47,580 nt of DNA from an uncultured Flavobacteriales bacterium (GCA_964355035.1 CAYHCU010000002.1:1-47580); one strand, 5' to 3'; shown: positions 1-10,845, numbered from the stretch's first letter. Made by a program: numbers and translations. The notes: generated by a model from the sequence alone, not told the origin.

Positions 1-1
1 A

Positions 2-832
2 AATATTATTAAGCCAATCGAAGAAGATTATATCCGAACATCTATTGAAAAAGCTTTTTATAAGTATACGAAAGATCTTGAGATGCAAAACAAAGGAAAT
101 CGTTTTGCTGCAGCTCTTGATAGTCTTGAAGTGGCAGTTATTATTACAGACTCCCATGAGAAAGTTATTTTCATGAATAAGATGGCTGAAACATTAACGG
201 GTTGTTTGAAGCAAGAAGCATTAGGAAAAGACATTTCAATTGCAATGAAAAATTGCAATCAGGATACAAGAAATATTTTCAAGACGTTAGCGCACTCTGT
301 TGTCGGTGATGCACAAAAGAAGGAAGGAGACACAGAGGTTCCTGTTTCGAATGGAGCGGCCGAGCAAAAAGTTGCCGTGAATACATTTCCGATTCTTACA
401 GTAAACAATAAAATAAACGGCTGTGCATTTGTGATGACCTCTCCGGGTCGACGAGATGCTGTTCAGGAAACGACAACAGACAAAAACCTGTTCAATTTTC
501 TAGAAAATATTTATGCGAACAATAGTTTTTTCGTAAAAAAGGATTCGCGTTTTGTGAAAGTAAATTTCCAAGACATCCTTTGGATAGAAGCACTTGATAA
601 CTATGTGATCATTAAAACAAGCTCGAAAGAACAATTCATTCTTCACAGCTCAATGAAAGACATTGAAACAAAACTTCCTCAGCTGAATTTTTCACGTGTT
701 CATCGTTCATACATCGTTCAGCTTGAAAAAATAAGCGCTTTAGAAGAGAATGCTTGTATTATTGATAGCAATAGAATTCCGATTGGGAAAAGCTATAAGG
801 AAAGTTTAATGAGCAGATTAAATCTGTTTTAA
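2..832 (+). CDS. PAS-sensor LytTR-family DNA-binding regulator. The 5' end runs off the window, and the tail of a receiver domain is visible.
   Basis: The frame is open from nt 2 (NIIKPIEEDYIRTSIEKAF resembles the end of a REC domain) into the ORF-track ATG at 83. There is a PAS-like segment (LEVAVIITDSHEKVIFMNKMAETLTG). The C-terminus has a LytTR pattern (FFVKKDSRFVKVNFQDILWIEALDNYVIIKT...RVHRSYIV). Confidence 0.75.
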   Translation, partial: NIIKPIEEDYIRTSIEKAFYKYTKDLEMQNKGNRFAAALDSLEVAVIITDSHEKVIFMNKMAETLTGCLKQEALGKDISIAMKNCNQDTRNIFKTLAHSVVGDAQKKEGDTEVPVSNGAAEQKVAVNTFPILTVNNKINGCAFVMTSPGRRDAVQETTTDKNLFNFLENIYANNSFFVKKDSRFVKVNFQDILWIEALDNYVIIKTSSKEQFILHSSMKDIETKLPQLNFSRVHRSYIVQLEKISALEENACIIDSNRIPIGKSYKESLMSRLNLF

Positions 833-892
833 TAAAAAAGAGCAAAAGGGCTAGACCTTCAAAAAAATAAGATAATTTCGCACAAAAATTAA

Positions 893-1660
893 TTGGTGAC
901 AAAAGCTGCGATTATAGAGGTTAAAGACCTGGTAAAGCACTATAAAGACATTAATGCCGTAAATGGCATTAGTTTTTCTGTTTTGGAAGGCGAAATTTTT
1001 GGTTTGTTAGGTCCTAATGGTGCCGGGAAGACCACTACCCTTGAAATTATTGAAACCCTACGCGATAAAACGTCGGGAACTGTAGTTGTGAATGGTTTGT
1101 CGTTGGATGAAAAGCCGAACGAGATTAAACAAATCATCGGAGTTCAGCTTCAAGCAGCAAATTACTACCCGAATCTGATGTTAAATGAGCTTTTAGATCT
1201 TTTTGCAGGCTTGTACAATACTGTTGTTAATAAGGCAGAAATGCTTGCTCTTGTTGGTTTAGAAACCAGAGGAAAATCGAAATATAAAGAATTATCCGGA
1301 GGTCAAAAGCAACGCTTTTCTATTGCAACAACCCTAATCAATAAACCCAAAATTGTTTTTCTGGATGAGCCGACAACCGGGCTGGATCCACATGCAAGAA
1401 GAAATTTATGGGAGTTAATCAAAGAGATTAGATCCCAAGGAACAACTGTTGTTATTACGACGCATTATATGGACGAAGCAGAGATTCTTTGCGACAGGGT
1501 GGCCATTATAGAAAAGGGTAAAATTATATCCATTGATTCACCGGCAAGGCTTATCGATAATTTAATTGCTTCTGGATTTGAAAAGAATAAAGAAGTTAAG
1601 AGTGCAAATTTGGAAGACGTATTTTTATCGTTGACCGGTTATGAATGGAGGGATCAATAA
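893..1660 (+). CDS. ABC transporter ATP-binding protein (ABC-2 exporter type)
   Basis: Walker A GPNGAGKTT, ABC signature LSGGQKQR, Walker B IVFLDEPTTGLD, H-loop region TTHYMDEA. The start is TTG at 893 or GTG at 896. Confidence 0.9.
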   Translation: MVTKAAIIEVKDLVKHYKDINAVNGISFSVLEGEIFGLLGPNGAGKTTTLEIIETLRDKTSGTVVVNGLSLDEKPNEIKQIIGVQLQAANYYPNLMLNELLDLFAGLYNTVVNKAEMLALVGLETRGKSKYKELSGGQKQRFSIATTLINKPKIVFLDEPTTGLDPHARRNLWELIKEIRSQGTTVVITTHYMDEAEILCDRVAIIEKGKIISIDSPARLIDNLIASGFEKNKEVKSANLEDVFLSLTGYEWRDQ

Positions 1661-2807
1661 GATGCAGGAGAAAAAACAATACAGTCAATTAAAAGCGATG
1701 AAAGCGATTTCGCTTGCAAGTTTTCGCTCAATCACCCGTAATCCTTCGGCGGTCATTTTTAGCCTGGCGTTTCCATTGGTTTTTATTATTGCTTTTGGTT
1801 TTATTGGCGGCAATAGAATTAAAATGGATGTCGGCATTGATCCCGACAGCGATACAACCGGTACTATTTATCGTTCATTTGTTGAAGCACCGAATGTTGA
1901 GCACAAAACAACATTTACCCATGAGGAATTAACCGATCGACTGAACAAGGGAAGAATTGATGCCATCTTAAAGTTTGATAAAAGTGTGGAGACGCAATTA
2001 GAAGTTGTTGAAATCACAACTTCACCTGCATCTAGAGAAAAAGGATCGTTTGTTCGTTCTTTGGTAACGAATCTTATTGATAAGCACAATATTTCATATT
2101 ACAAAAATTTAGCTTCACATATAGATAGCTCTACGATTACACATGCGCTGGAAACAACAAAGCCAACTGAATTACGTGAAACAAAAATTTCGGGACGAGA
2201 ATATAAAGTGATTGATTTTATTCTTCCCGGTCAATTAGGCTTTTCAATATTAAGTGCAGGTGTATTTGGAACTGCATTTGTGTTCTTTTCATTACGACAA
2301 ACGATGGTATTGAAAAGATTTTTTGCAACACCAATTCGTCGTCCATATATTATTTTGGGCGAAGCAATCAGCAGATTGGTGTTTCAACTTTTAGGCTCTT
2401 CTGTAATTTTAGTGATTGGACATTATGTTTTTGGTTTCACTTTAATTCATGGAGTTTGGACAGCAGTAGAAATGTTATTACTCTCTGCTCTAGGTTTAAT
2501 TGTGTTTATGGGTTTTGGTTTTGTAATTTCAGGAATTGCTAAATCAGAAAGTGTAATTCCGCCATTAGCAAACATAATAACGTTACCGCAGTTTTTATTG
2601 TGCGGGACTTTTTTCCCAATAGATGCTTTTCCCGGTTGGTTGCAAATTATTAGCAAAGCGCTTCCCTTGACTTATTTGAATGAAGCACTCAGAATGATTG
2701 CCTTTGAAGGAGCCGGGTTAATGGATATTTCATCTCAATTAATTGTTTTGATTATTTGGGGAGTAATTATTTATGCTGCCGCAATACGATTTTTTCGTTG
2801 GGAGTAA
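1641..2807 (+). CDS. ABC-2 family transporter permease
   Basis: Multi-pass membrane protein with a large first extracytoplasmic loop, directly coupled to the ATPase gene. ATG 1641 overlaps the ATPase gene by 20 nt. The alternative ATG 1662 lies 1 nt after its stop, so the start is uncertain. Confidence 0.8.
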   Translation: MNGGINKMQEKKQYSQLKAMKAISLASFRSITRNPSAVIFSLAFPLVFIIAFGFIGGNRIKMDVGIDPDSDTTGTIYRSFVEAPNVEHKTTFTHEELTDRLNKGRIDAILKFDKSVETQLEVVEITTSPASREKGSFVRSLVTNLIDKHNISYYKNLASHIDSSTITHALETTKPTELRETKISGREYKVIDFILPGQLGFSILSAGVFGTAFVFFSLRQTMVLKRFFATPIRRPYIILGEAISRLVFQLLGSSVILVIGHYVFGFTLIHGVWTAVEMLLLSALGLIVFMGFGFVISGIAKSESVIPPLANIITLPQFLLCGTFFPIDAFPGWLQIISKALPLTYLNEALRMIAFEGAGLMDISSQLIVLIIWGVIIYAAAIRFFRWE

Positions 2808-2891
2808 CGATTTTTGTCTTTTTATCGTAATAATTAACAGATAATGTATGGTAATTCAGTAAATTAACCCGTTAGCATGACGAGTTTTTTG

Positions 2892-2899
2892 TATTTTTG
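2892..2899 (+). promoter_or_regulatory. Candidate Bacteroidota -7 promoter box (TATTTTTG, consensus TAnnTTTG)
   Basis: Exact TAnnTTTG match 23 nt upstream of ATG 2923. No experimental support. Confidence 0.35.
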
Positions 2900-2922
2900 T
2901 TAGTCATACACAAAATACACAG

Positions 2923-5900
2923 ATGAATAGAACTTTATTTGGAAGGTCTTTTTTCCGAATTGTCTTTTTATTGATTTTTTCATTGAACTCTCTTTGCCTT
3001 TCAGCGCAGATGGGAAAAAATGGAGCATTGACCACAAGCACCAGTTTTATTTTTAATGATTATACTCCGCTTACAGTGGATGCTACAATCGGGGCAACTA
3101 CAATCAACGTGGTTTCAAGTTTATTGAATGCTCGAATTACAACTCCGTTAGCTGCCGGAGATTTGATATTTATAATTCAAATTCAAGGCGCAACAATGAC
3201 TGTTGCCGATGATACTACTTATGGTGGTTTAATTTCTTATAACAATTGTGGTAACTATGAGTTCGCCGAAGTTACAGCCGTGCCTTCAGCTACTCAAATA
3301 TCAATTTCTTGTCAGCTTAAAAATAATTACTCTGTTAGTGGTAAAACACAAATAGTGCGTGTTCCCAGGTTAACCACCCTAACAATTGGTTCGGGAGGTT
3401 CTATCACGTGTCCTGCGTGGAATGGCAGCACGGGTGGTGTTCTGATCTTAGAAGTAATGAATGGAATTACTATCAATAGTGGCGGACTAATTAATGCTTC
3501 CGGAAAAGGTTTTAGGGCAGGTCAAAACGCTTCAGACAATAACACAGCTTATGGAGTCTTAAACTATGTTCATCCAACAGACGATTATGGTGCTGAAAAA
3601 GGAGAAGGTATTGGAGGTTCGCAATCTGATTACGATTTGATATCAGGACGTTTTTGCAAAGGTGCCCCGCTTAATGGTGGTGGTGGTGCAAATGGTCATA
3701 ATGCCGGGGGTGGCGGCGGCGGTAATTGCGGTTTACTTGGTTGGACAGGAAGAGGAGTTCCTGATATATCGACTGCAAGTTGGGCAAATGCCTGGAATCT
3801 TGAATACAGCGGATTTGCTTCGTCCGTTTCATCAGGTGGTGGAAAGGGTGGTTATACTTTTTCGGGAAGTAATCAAAATGCTTTAACGGTTGGTACTTTA
3901 AATGCTGCATGGGGTGGAGATCAAAGAAGAGAGAATGGAGGAAGAGGTGGTCGACCATTGGACTATTCTACAGGAAGAATTTTCATGGGTGGTGGTGGCG
4001 GAGCCGGAGATCAAAATAATTCATACGGTGGCGCCGGAGGAAATGGCGGAGGAATTATTTATCTTTTATGTTACAATACAATTTCCGGAAGTGGTAGTGT
4101 TAACGCTAATGGTGACTATGGTGTCTCAACTGTAGGTGCAGGAACAGATGGCGCAGGTGGTGCAGGTGCAGGAGGTACAATTTTTTTAGATGCAACCGGA
4201 TTGATTTCCGGTATAACAGCAAATGCAAACGGAGGTAACGGAGGTAATCAAGTTGTAGGGGCGTTTATAAATGAAGCAGAAGGCCCCGGTGGCGGCGGTG
4301 GTGGTGGTTATATTGCATCTTCCAGTGGTGCATTTACAAGGAATGCAAACGGCGGATTGAACGGGACAACAAATTCATCAGGTTTGGCAGAGTTTCCATC
4401 TAATGGAGCAACAAAAGGTGGTGTGGGACTTCCGTCTCAACCGACAAACACTTTTCACATCGTTACATCGACTGTGTATATTTGTCCGGGAACGTCTACT
4501 ACTTTATCGTTTTCAACCACAGGAATCGTTCCACCCGGAACAACGTTTACTTGGTATGACCAAGCAGTTGGTGGAACTCAAATTGGAAGTGGTACAACAT
4601 TTAACTCGCCGGTACTCTCTTCGGGTCAAATTACATATTACGTTTCTTCGTGTCCTGGTGCTGCACGTTTTCCTGTTCAAGTACAAGTTTCACAAGTTAC
4701 AGCAACGGCTTCAGCAACTACCGTTTGTTCTGGTATTGCAACAGATTTTACAGGTACAGGAACATCATCTACAGGTACAATTTCGACGTGGAGTTGGAAT
4801 TTTGGGAATGGCTCAGGAACCTCTTTGTTACAAAACCCATCATATATTTATTCCACAGCCAATACGTATACGGTTACGCTTACTGTAACCGATAATTCAG
4901 GATGTACAGCAAGTACCACACAGTCTGTTATTGTTAATGCAACACCAACGATTAATTTTTCAACACCAACTACATCCGGCTGTTTGCCATTAAATGTTTC
5001 TTTCACCAATACAACAACAAGCGCAAGCACATACTCTTGGAATTTTGGTGATGGTAGTCCTCTTTCATCTTCTACAACGCCATCGCATAATTATACTACT
5101 GCAGGAATATATTCTGTAACCCTTACAGCATCCAATACCGGTTGTACAGCAACATCAACACAAACAAATTTAATTACTGTTCGTGCAGTACCCCACTCAT
5201 CTTTTTCTTCGCCGTCAACATTGTGTTTAGGAGACATTGCTTCATTTGCAAATTTATCGACGCCGAATGGTTCAACAATAACAGGTTATTCATGGAACTT
5301 TGGAGACGCTTCAGCACTTTCTACAGGAACAAATCCAACTCATACGTATTTGTCTGCCGGTACATTCAATATTGTGTTAACCACATCCTCGGCCTTTTGT
5401 TTTGATGACACCACAATTGCAATTACAATAAGTCCTGCCCCGACAGTAAATTTTTCTACAACCACTACATCCGGTTGTACACCAATGACGATTACCTTTA
5501 ACAATACAACATCGGGCACACCCGTCTACTCATGGAGTTTTGGAGATGGTAGTCCTCTTTCAACAACAACAACTCCAACACATATTTATTCAAATCCGGG
5601 GAATTATACAGTAACACTCATTGCTTCAATTGGGTCTTGCAGGGACACATTGATCAGGACGAATTATATTTCTGTTTATCCACAACCAACAAGTTCGTTT
5701 TCTACTGCTTCCGTTTGTTTGGGAGATTCTGTTCACTTTATAAATTTATCTATAGGAAACGGAGGAACATTGACAAGTTACACGTGGAACTATGGAGACG
5801 GAACTACTTCTACTGCAACATTACCACATTTATATTTTTCTCCGGGATCATACAATGTTCTGTTGACAGCATCAACAGCAAATTGTTCTGACGATACAAC

Positions 5901-8142
5901 CATCACGGTTACGGTTTCTCCTGCTCCTGTTGTGAATTTTAATACAGCAAACGGCTCAGGATGCGGATCGCTTACTACAACATTTGTAAATTCCACAACC
6001 GGTTCACCAAGTTATATTTGGAATTTTGGAGATGGCTCTGCTTTTTCTTCAGTATTAAATCCAACACACACCTACTCTACTTCCGGAATATATTCTGTAA
6101 CACTCATTGCAACTCAGGGAACATGTGCAGATACATTGGTTAAAACAAATTACATTACAGTTTATGATTCTCCGATAAGCTCATTTACAACCTCTGATGT
6201 TTGTATCGGAGACTCTGTTCACTTTACAAATTTGTCGAACGGTAATGGCGAGCCAATAACGAACTATACATGGAACTATGGGGACGGGAATTTTTCTTCT
6301 CAGACATCACCGGCACATTATTATACATCGGCCGGCACCTATAACGTTCTGCTTTCAATCATAACAACTCATTGTGTTGATGACACAACAATTAGTGTAA
6401 TGGTTTCAGCCGGACCAATTGTTTCCTTTACCCCAAGCGCAACAACAATTTGCGGTAATCAAAATGTTGTGTTTACTAATACTACAACAGGGTCACCGAT
6501 TTATAGTTGGGATTTTGGAGATGGTAGTGCGTCTTCAGCAATAGTAAATCCAACGCATTATTATGCAGCCACAGGAACATACAGCGTTTCATTAATAGCA
6601 ACTCAGGGAAGTTGTGCAGACACATTAATTCAAAATTCACTTATCACCGTTTACGCAAGTCCTCTTTCTTCTTTTAGTACAGATAATGTTTGCTTGTACG
6701 ATAGTGTTCATTTTTTAAATGAATCTGTAATTAGTGGCGGTGTAATTACTTCGTACAGCTGGAATTTTGGTGACGGAACAACTTCTTCCGCCGATTCTCC
6801 TGTGCATTATTATTCTTCAGCCGGGACTTATTCGGTTAATTTGATTGCGGCTTCAGCTAATTGCTCAGACGATACAACAATCACTGTAACAGTAAATCCA
6901 AACCCTGTAGTTAACTTTATCTCTACAACGATCAGGGCATGTGACAGCGCAACTGTCTTTTTTAACAATACCTCAACAGGAGCAACAGCGTATTCATGGA
7001 ATTTCGGAGATGGTGGTGTATCTACATCAATATCGCCAACTCATTTCTATTCTTCGGCAGGGGTATATAATGTTTTGCTAACAGCAAGTAGTGTAAACGG
7101 TTGCTCAAGTTCAAAGTACGTTTCATCAATGGTAATTATAAAAAGCACCCCTTTACCACTTATTTCTGCCTCTCGAACATCTGTTTGTCCCGGGGAATGT
7201 ATTTCTTATACAGATTTAACAACAGGAACAAACACATCATGGCAATGGCAATTTAGCGGAGGGAATCCGGCGTCATCGATTTCCAGAAACCCCTCTTCTG
7301 TATGTTACAATACAATTGGTAATTATTCGGTGACATTAACTGTTTCAAATGGTTCTTGTACCGCCAGCCACACAGAAACATCGTTAATACATGTTGTAAA
7401 TTGCAGTACAAAACCACGAGCAAATTTTGTGAGTAGCGATACAAATTTATGTGGAGGGAGTTGTATTTCATTTGTTGATCTATCGTTGAATGCAGTAAGC
7501 TGGCAATGGCAATTTCCGGGAGCTACACCGACTTCGTCTACACAAGAGTTTCCAAATTCTATTTGTTATTCAACTACCGGTGTTTATCCGGTAACCCTTA
7601 TTGCAGGAAACACTACGGGTTATGATACATTTACTGTGTCCACTTTTATTCATGTTACTTCGTTACCCTCACAGCCTACGTTTACCCAAAGCGGAAACCT
7701 CTTAATAGCAACTTCTGCCAATACATATCAATGGTTTTATAATAACATTCCGATTTCCGGTGCAACGAACCAACAATATACTGCAACACTATCGGGCCCT
7801 TATTCTGTTCAGATAACAGACGCAAATGGTTGTTCTTCTACTTCTTTAATTTCTCATGTTTCATTGGTAGGGATTGATGATTTCAGTAGTTCAATGAATT
7901 TTGAAATTTATCCTAACCCAACAACAGGAGAAGTTTTTATTAAATCTGACAAGACATCGATTGGCATCATCCACATTGATATAATTGATTTACTTGGAAG
8001 GACTTTATTAACCAAGAGCGAAAAGAACAATTTTGTGGGGTCAATTTGGAAAATTGACATTTCAAATCTTGCCCAAGGCATGTATTTCATTCGTTTTAGA
8101 AATCAATATCAGGAATGGAAGACTTCGATTATTAAGGAGTAA
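2923..8142 (+). CDS. Giant secreted cell-surface protein: Gly-rich N-terminal region, 12 PKD-like modules, T9SS type A C-terminal sorting domain
   Basis: Signal peptide (FFRIVFLLIFSLNSLCLSAQ). GGxGG-rich region at about aa 250-500. Twelve modules each carry a W-x-FGDG core. The C-terminal sorting domain reads IYPNPTTGEVFIKS...GMYFIRF. Confidence 0.85.
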   Translation: MNRTLFGRSFFRIVFLLIFSLNSLCLSAQMGKNGALTTSTSFIFNDYTPLTVDATIGATTINVVSSLLNARITTPLAAGDLIFIIQIQGATMTVADDTTYGGLISYNNCGNYEFAEVTAVPSATQISISCQLKNNYSVSGKTQIVRVPRLTTLTIGSGGSITCPAWNGSTGGVLILEVMNGITINSGGLINASGKGFRAGQNASDNNTAYGVLNYVHPTDDYGAEKGEGIGGSQSDYDLISGRFCKGAPLNGGGGANGHNAGGGGGGNCGLLGWTGRGVPDISTASWANAWNLEYSGFASSVSSGGGKGGYTFSGSNQNALTVGTLNAAWGGDQRRENGGRGGRPLDYSTGRIFMGGGGGAGDQNNSYGGAGGNGGGIIYLLCYNTISGSGSVNANGDYGVSTVGAGTDGAGGAGAGGTIFLDATGLISGITANANGGNGGNQVVGAFINEAEGPGGGGGGGYIASSSGAFTRNANGGLNGTTNSSGLAEFPSNGATKGGVGLPSQPTNTFHIVTSTVYICPGTSTTLSFSTTGIVPPGTTFTWYDQAVGGTQIGSGTTFNSPVLSSGQITYYVSSCPGAARFPVQVQVSQVTATASATTVCSGIATDFTGTGTSSTGTISTWSWNFGNGSGTSLLQNPSYIYSTANTYTVTLTVTDNSGCTASTTQSVIVNATPTINFSTPTTSGCLPLNVSFTNTTTSASTYSWNFGDGSPLSSSTTPSHNYTTAGIYSVTLTASNTGCTATSTQTNLITVRAVPHSSFSSPSTLCLGDIASFANLSTPNGSTITGYSWNFGDASALSTGTNPTHTYLSAGTFNIVLTTSSAFCFDDTTIAITISPAPTVNFSTTTTSGCTPMTITFNNTTSGTPVYSWSFGDGSPLSTTTTPTHIYSNPGNYTVTLIASIGSCRDTLIRTNYISVYPQPTSSFSTASVCLGDSVHFINLSIGNGGTLTSYTWNYGDGTTSTATLPHLYFSPGSYNVLLTASTANCSDDTTITVTVSPAPVVNFNTANGSGCGSLTTTFVNSTTGSPSYIWNFGDGSAFSSVLNPTHTYSTSGIYSVTLIATQGTCADTLVKTNYITVYDSPISSFTTSDVCIGDSVHFTNLSNGNGEPITNYTWNYGDGNFSSQTSPAHYYTSAGTYNVLLSIITTHCVDDTTISVMVSAGPIVSFTPSATTICGNQNVVFTNTTTGSPIYSWDFGDGSASSAIVNPTHYYAATGTYSVSLIATQGSCADTLIQNSLITVYASPLSSFSTDNVCLYDSVHFLNESVISGGVITSYSWNFGDGTTSSADSPVHYYSSAGTYSVNLIAASANCSDDTTITVTVNPNPVVNFISTTIRACDSATVFFNNTSTGATAYSWNFGDGGVSTSISPTHFYSSAGVYNVLLTASSVNGCSSSKYVSSMVIIKSTPLPLISASRTSVCPGECISYTDLTTGTNTSWQWQFSGGNPASSISRNPSSVCYNTIGNYSVTLTVSNGSCTASHTETSLIHVVNCSTKPRANFVSSDTNLCGGSCISFVDLSLNAVSWQWQFPGATPTSSTQEFPNSICYSTTGVYPVTLIAGNTTGYDTFTVSTFIHVTSLPSQPTFTQSGNLLIATSANTYQWFYNNIPISGATNQQYTATLSGPYSVQITDANGCSSTSLISHVSLVGIDDFSSSMNFEIYPNPTTGEVFIKSDKTSIGIIHIDIIDLLGRTLLTKSEKNNFVGSIWKIDISNLAQGMYFIRFRNQYQEWKTSIIKE
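4690..7660 (+). repeat. Intragenic array of 12 PKD-coding modules with a two-module super-repeat of ~488 bp
   Basis: Modules alternate between two subtypes (xPxxNF...TSGC versus SSF...VCLGDSVHF). Equivalent boundaries recur near 4938, 5434, 5921, 6409 and 6898. Confidence 0.8.
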
Positions 8143-8299
8143 TACCTTGAGGCAGCTTTCCTTTTTTAACCAATTTTAGCGAAAACCTTACAGTTGTAAG
8201 TTTAAGTCAGTTGTAGCTTTTAAGGGCTGTAAACATCAATACGCAAGAGAAGTATAATATTCGGGACAATGAGGACAATTAGGTCCTTCTCGAAATATC

Positions 8300-10270
8300 A
8301 TGCGAAAATTAATTTATTTCTTATTTCTGCTTTTTAGCGTCAATAGCGTAATAGCGAAATCAGAAAAGTCTTTAGAAGACTCCATTCCTTTTTATCAGAT
8401 GACATTAGAACAGCTCATGAATGTCACCGTTTCTGTAGTTTCGGACCTTCCGATGAATGGAAGGGAGTCTCCGGGAATTGTAACAGTATTAACCAGAGAA
8501 GAGATATTAGAGTCCGGGGCAAAGGATTTAATGCAAATACTTCAATTAATTCCCGGATTTGATTTTGGGGTAGATGTTGAAGGGGTGGTTGGAATTGGTG
8601 TTCGGGGAAACTGGGGGCACGAGGGCAAGGTATTGATGCTTTGGGATGGTATAGAGATGAACGAAGACCTTTATTCAACGCTTCAATTTGGAGGACATTA
8701 TCCATTGAGCCAGGTTAAAAGAATTGAAATTATTCGCGGTCCCGGTTCTGCAATTTATGGCGGGAATGCTGAGTATGCTGTTATCAACATTATTACAATT
8801 AATAGTGATCTGAACGGTGTTGCCGTTGACGCTCAATATTCTTCTTTTTCAAAAGACCCTGCTTCACAAGGAGTTTCTGTTACCTATGGAAAGAAATGGA
8901 AAAACTCATACGTATCGTTTTCAACGTTTCAAAACAAGACCATTCGAAGCAATAAAGAATATACAGACAATTTTGGTAATTCGTATTCATTAAAAAACCT
9001 GTCGTCAATGACTTCAGAGCAGTATAGGGTTAATTTTACCTATAGAAAATTTAATATCGTGGCTTTCAACGATCATTATACATTGCTTCAGAGGGATGGA
9101 TACACGGAAGTTTATTCACAAGCCTATCGCAGTCTTTTTTTAAATTCAACAGTGCAAGCGAAGGTGGATTATGCTATCGGGAAATTAAAATTAACTCCCG
9201 GTGTAAAAATTAAATTTGGGCATCCATGGTATTCCAATCAGGTTTCAATCGAAGACGACTTCCAACCCTATAGCGTTACAAGTCAAAAACAACATTATTA
9301 CATAAGCTATTTAATAGATCCCTCTAAAAAAATAAACATTACAGGAGGATTTATCTATGATTATTTGCAGGCAAATAATCGGATAGAGGGTTCAACTTTT
9401 ACCAATGGAAGCAAGAACTTTGTTTCATATGATTACGGGAGTTACATTCAAGCTATTTTAAAGACGAAGGTTGCAAATTTCACATTAGGAAGTCGCTATG
9501 TTTATAATAAATTTTATAAAGGTTCATTTGTTCCGCGATTAGGAATAACAAAAATTTGGGATAAGTTTCACGTGAAAGCATTGTATAGTGTAGGATATCG
9601 CGCCCCGGCGATAGAAAATATTAATTTAAATCAGGACATCAAACCGGAATACACTACTGTTTTAGAAATTGAAGGAGGAGTGAAGCTCGGTAGTTCATCC
9701 TATTTGACAGCAAATATTTATGACATCACCACAAAGAACGGAATTATTTTTTATTATGATTCTACAAATGGCGACAGGTATGAGAATGAAGGAGAATCAG
9801 GCACACGTGGCCTTGAAATAGATTATAAGTGGAAAAGCGAAAAATGGTACGCTATGATAAACTATTCTTATTATACAACAGCCGGCCATTCTGTAATTGA
9901 TGAATATCGAATTGACGAAATTCCAAACATAACACAAGCCTTTCCTACACACAAAGTTAATTTTAGTGGAAGCTGGCGTTTTGGAAAAACAGTATCGGTT
10001 GGACCATCTATTTCTTTTTATTCGAAACGATATACCATTATTACAAGTCAGAACAATGCTGTGAAAGCATATCCTGCGGTTGCTTATGAAAACATCAATT
10101 TTTCATTTGCTAATCTCTTTACAGAAGGTATGACAGTTCAGTTTTCGGTATTTAATATAATGGACGAAGATGTTTGGTATATACAGCCGTATAATGGCAA
10201 TCATGCGCCTTTGCCTGGTGGAGGAAGAGAGTTTCAGATACGTTTGAATTATAATTTATCAAGTCATTAA
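8300..10270 (+). CDS. TonB-dependent outer-membrane receptor (small, 656 aa)
   Basis: Signal peptide, followed by plug-domain motifs (ESPGIVTVLTREEILESGAKDLMQILQLIPGF; IEIIRGPGSAIYGGNAEYAVINI) and a long beta-rich region. Confidence 0.8.
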   Translation: MRKLIYFLFLLFSVNSVIAKSEKSLEDSIPFYQMTLEQLMNVTVSVVSDLPMNGRESPGIVTVLTREEILESGAKDLMQILQLIPGFDFGVDVEGVVGIGVRGNWGHEGKVLMLWDGIEMNEDLYSTLQFGGHYPLSQVKRIEIIRGPGSAIYGGNAEYAVINIITINSDLNGVAVDAQYSSFSKDPASQGVSVTYGKKWKNSYVSFSTFQNKTIRSNKEYTDNFGNSYSLKNLSSMTSEQYRVNFTYRKFNIVAFNDHYTLLQRDGYTEVYSQAYRSLFLNSTVQAKVDYAIGKLKLTPGVKIKFGHPWYSNQVSIEDDFQPYSVTSQKQHYYISYLIDPSKKINITGGFIYDYLQANNRIEGSTFTNGSKNFVSYDYGSYIQAILKTKVANFTLGSRYVYNKFYKGSFVPRLGITKIWDKFHVKALYSVGYRAPAIENINLNQDIKPEYTTVLEIEGGVKLGSSSYLTANIYDITTKNGIIFYYDSTNGDRYENEGESGTRGLEIDYKWKSEKWYAMINYSYYTTAGHSVIDEYRIDEIPNITQAFPTHKVNFSGSWRFGKTVSVGPSISFYSKRYTIITSQNNAVKAYPAVAYENINFSFANLFTEGMTVQFSVFNIMDEDVWYIQPYNGNHAPLPGGGREFQIRLNYNLSSH

Positions 10271-10289
10271 TTGTAAGAGAAGAAAATAG

Positions 10290-10835
10290 GTGAGATTTAA
10301 GAATAAAATATCGCGGTTTATAAAGCAAATACTAGTATGTGTTTTGCTTTTGCCATCGATTATTCGTGCCGGATCAACCTCAGACGGAAACGAGTATTCG
10401 ATTAAGGCGATGTTTTTGTTAAATTTCATGAAGTATATAGATTGGCCGGTTGGAAGTTCTTCTCAGGTATTTAAAATTGGTGTTGTTGGAGAATCAGAGA
10501 TGTACGACGCTTTGATTAATCTTGAGGCAAAACGTTCTTCGGAAGGGCAAAAAGTGGAGATTAAAAAAATAGATAGTAAGAATCTAGGTGACTTCCAGAT
10601 AGTTTTTATATCGAATAGTGAAAGGGGTAAAATTGATGAACTAATAAAACGATATTCAATGAAGGGGGTGCTTATTATTACCGAAGATGACAAAGGAAAG
10701 GTTAAGCAAGCCGGAATAAATTTATTTAATCAGGAAGATAAAATAAGATTTGAGATTAATCTCAACTCAACAAAAGGCAACGGATTGAAAGTATCTTCTA
10801 AACTCATAGAGCTGGCAGCAGCAGTTCACAATTAA
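10290..10835 (+). CDS. YfiR/DUF4154-family periplasmic protein
   Basis: GTG start, signal peptide, and the YSIKAMFLLNFMKYIDWP block that I associate with YfiR-like proteins. The size is right at about 180 aa. Confidence 0.7.
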   Translation: MRFKNKISRFIKQILVCVLLLPSIIRAGSTSDGNEYSIKAMFLLNFMKYIDWPVGSSSQVFKIGVVGESEMYDALINLEAKRSSEGQKVEIKKIDSKNLGDFQIVFISNSERGKIDELIKRYSMKGVLIITEDDKGKVKQAGINLFNQEDKIRFEINLNSTKGNGLKVSSKLIELAAAVHN

Positions 10836-10845
10836 TTATTTCGCC

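Noticed and set aside
3662-4135. Several 74-95-aa ORFs lie in alternative frames within the Gly-rich part of the giant adhesin gene, with more further along the PKD array.
   Set aside because: They are by-products of the repetitive GGN/ACN-rich coding sequence. The main frame is continuous and carries recognisable domains.
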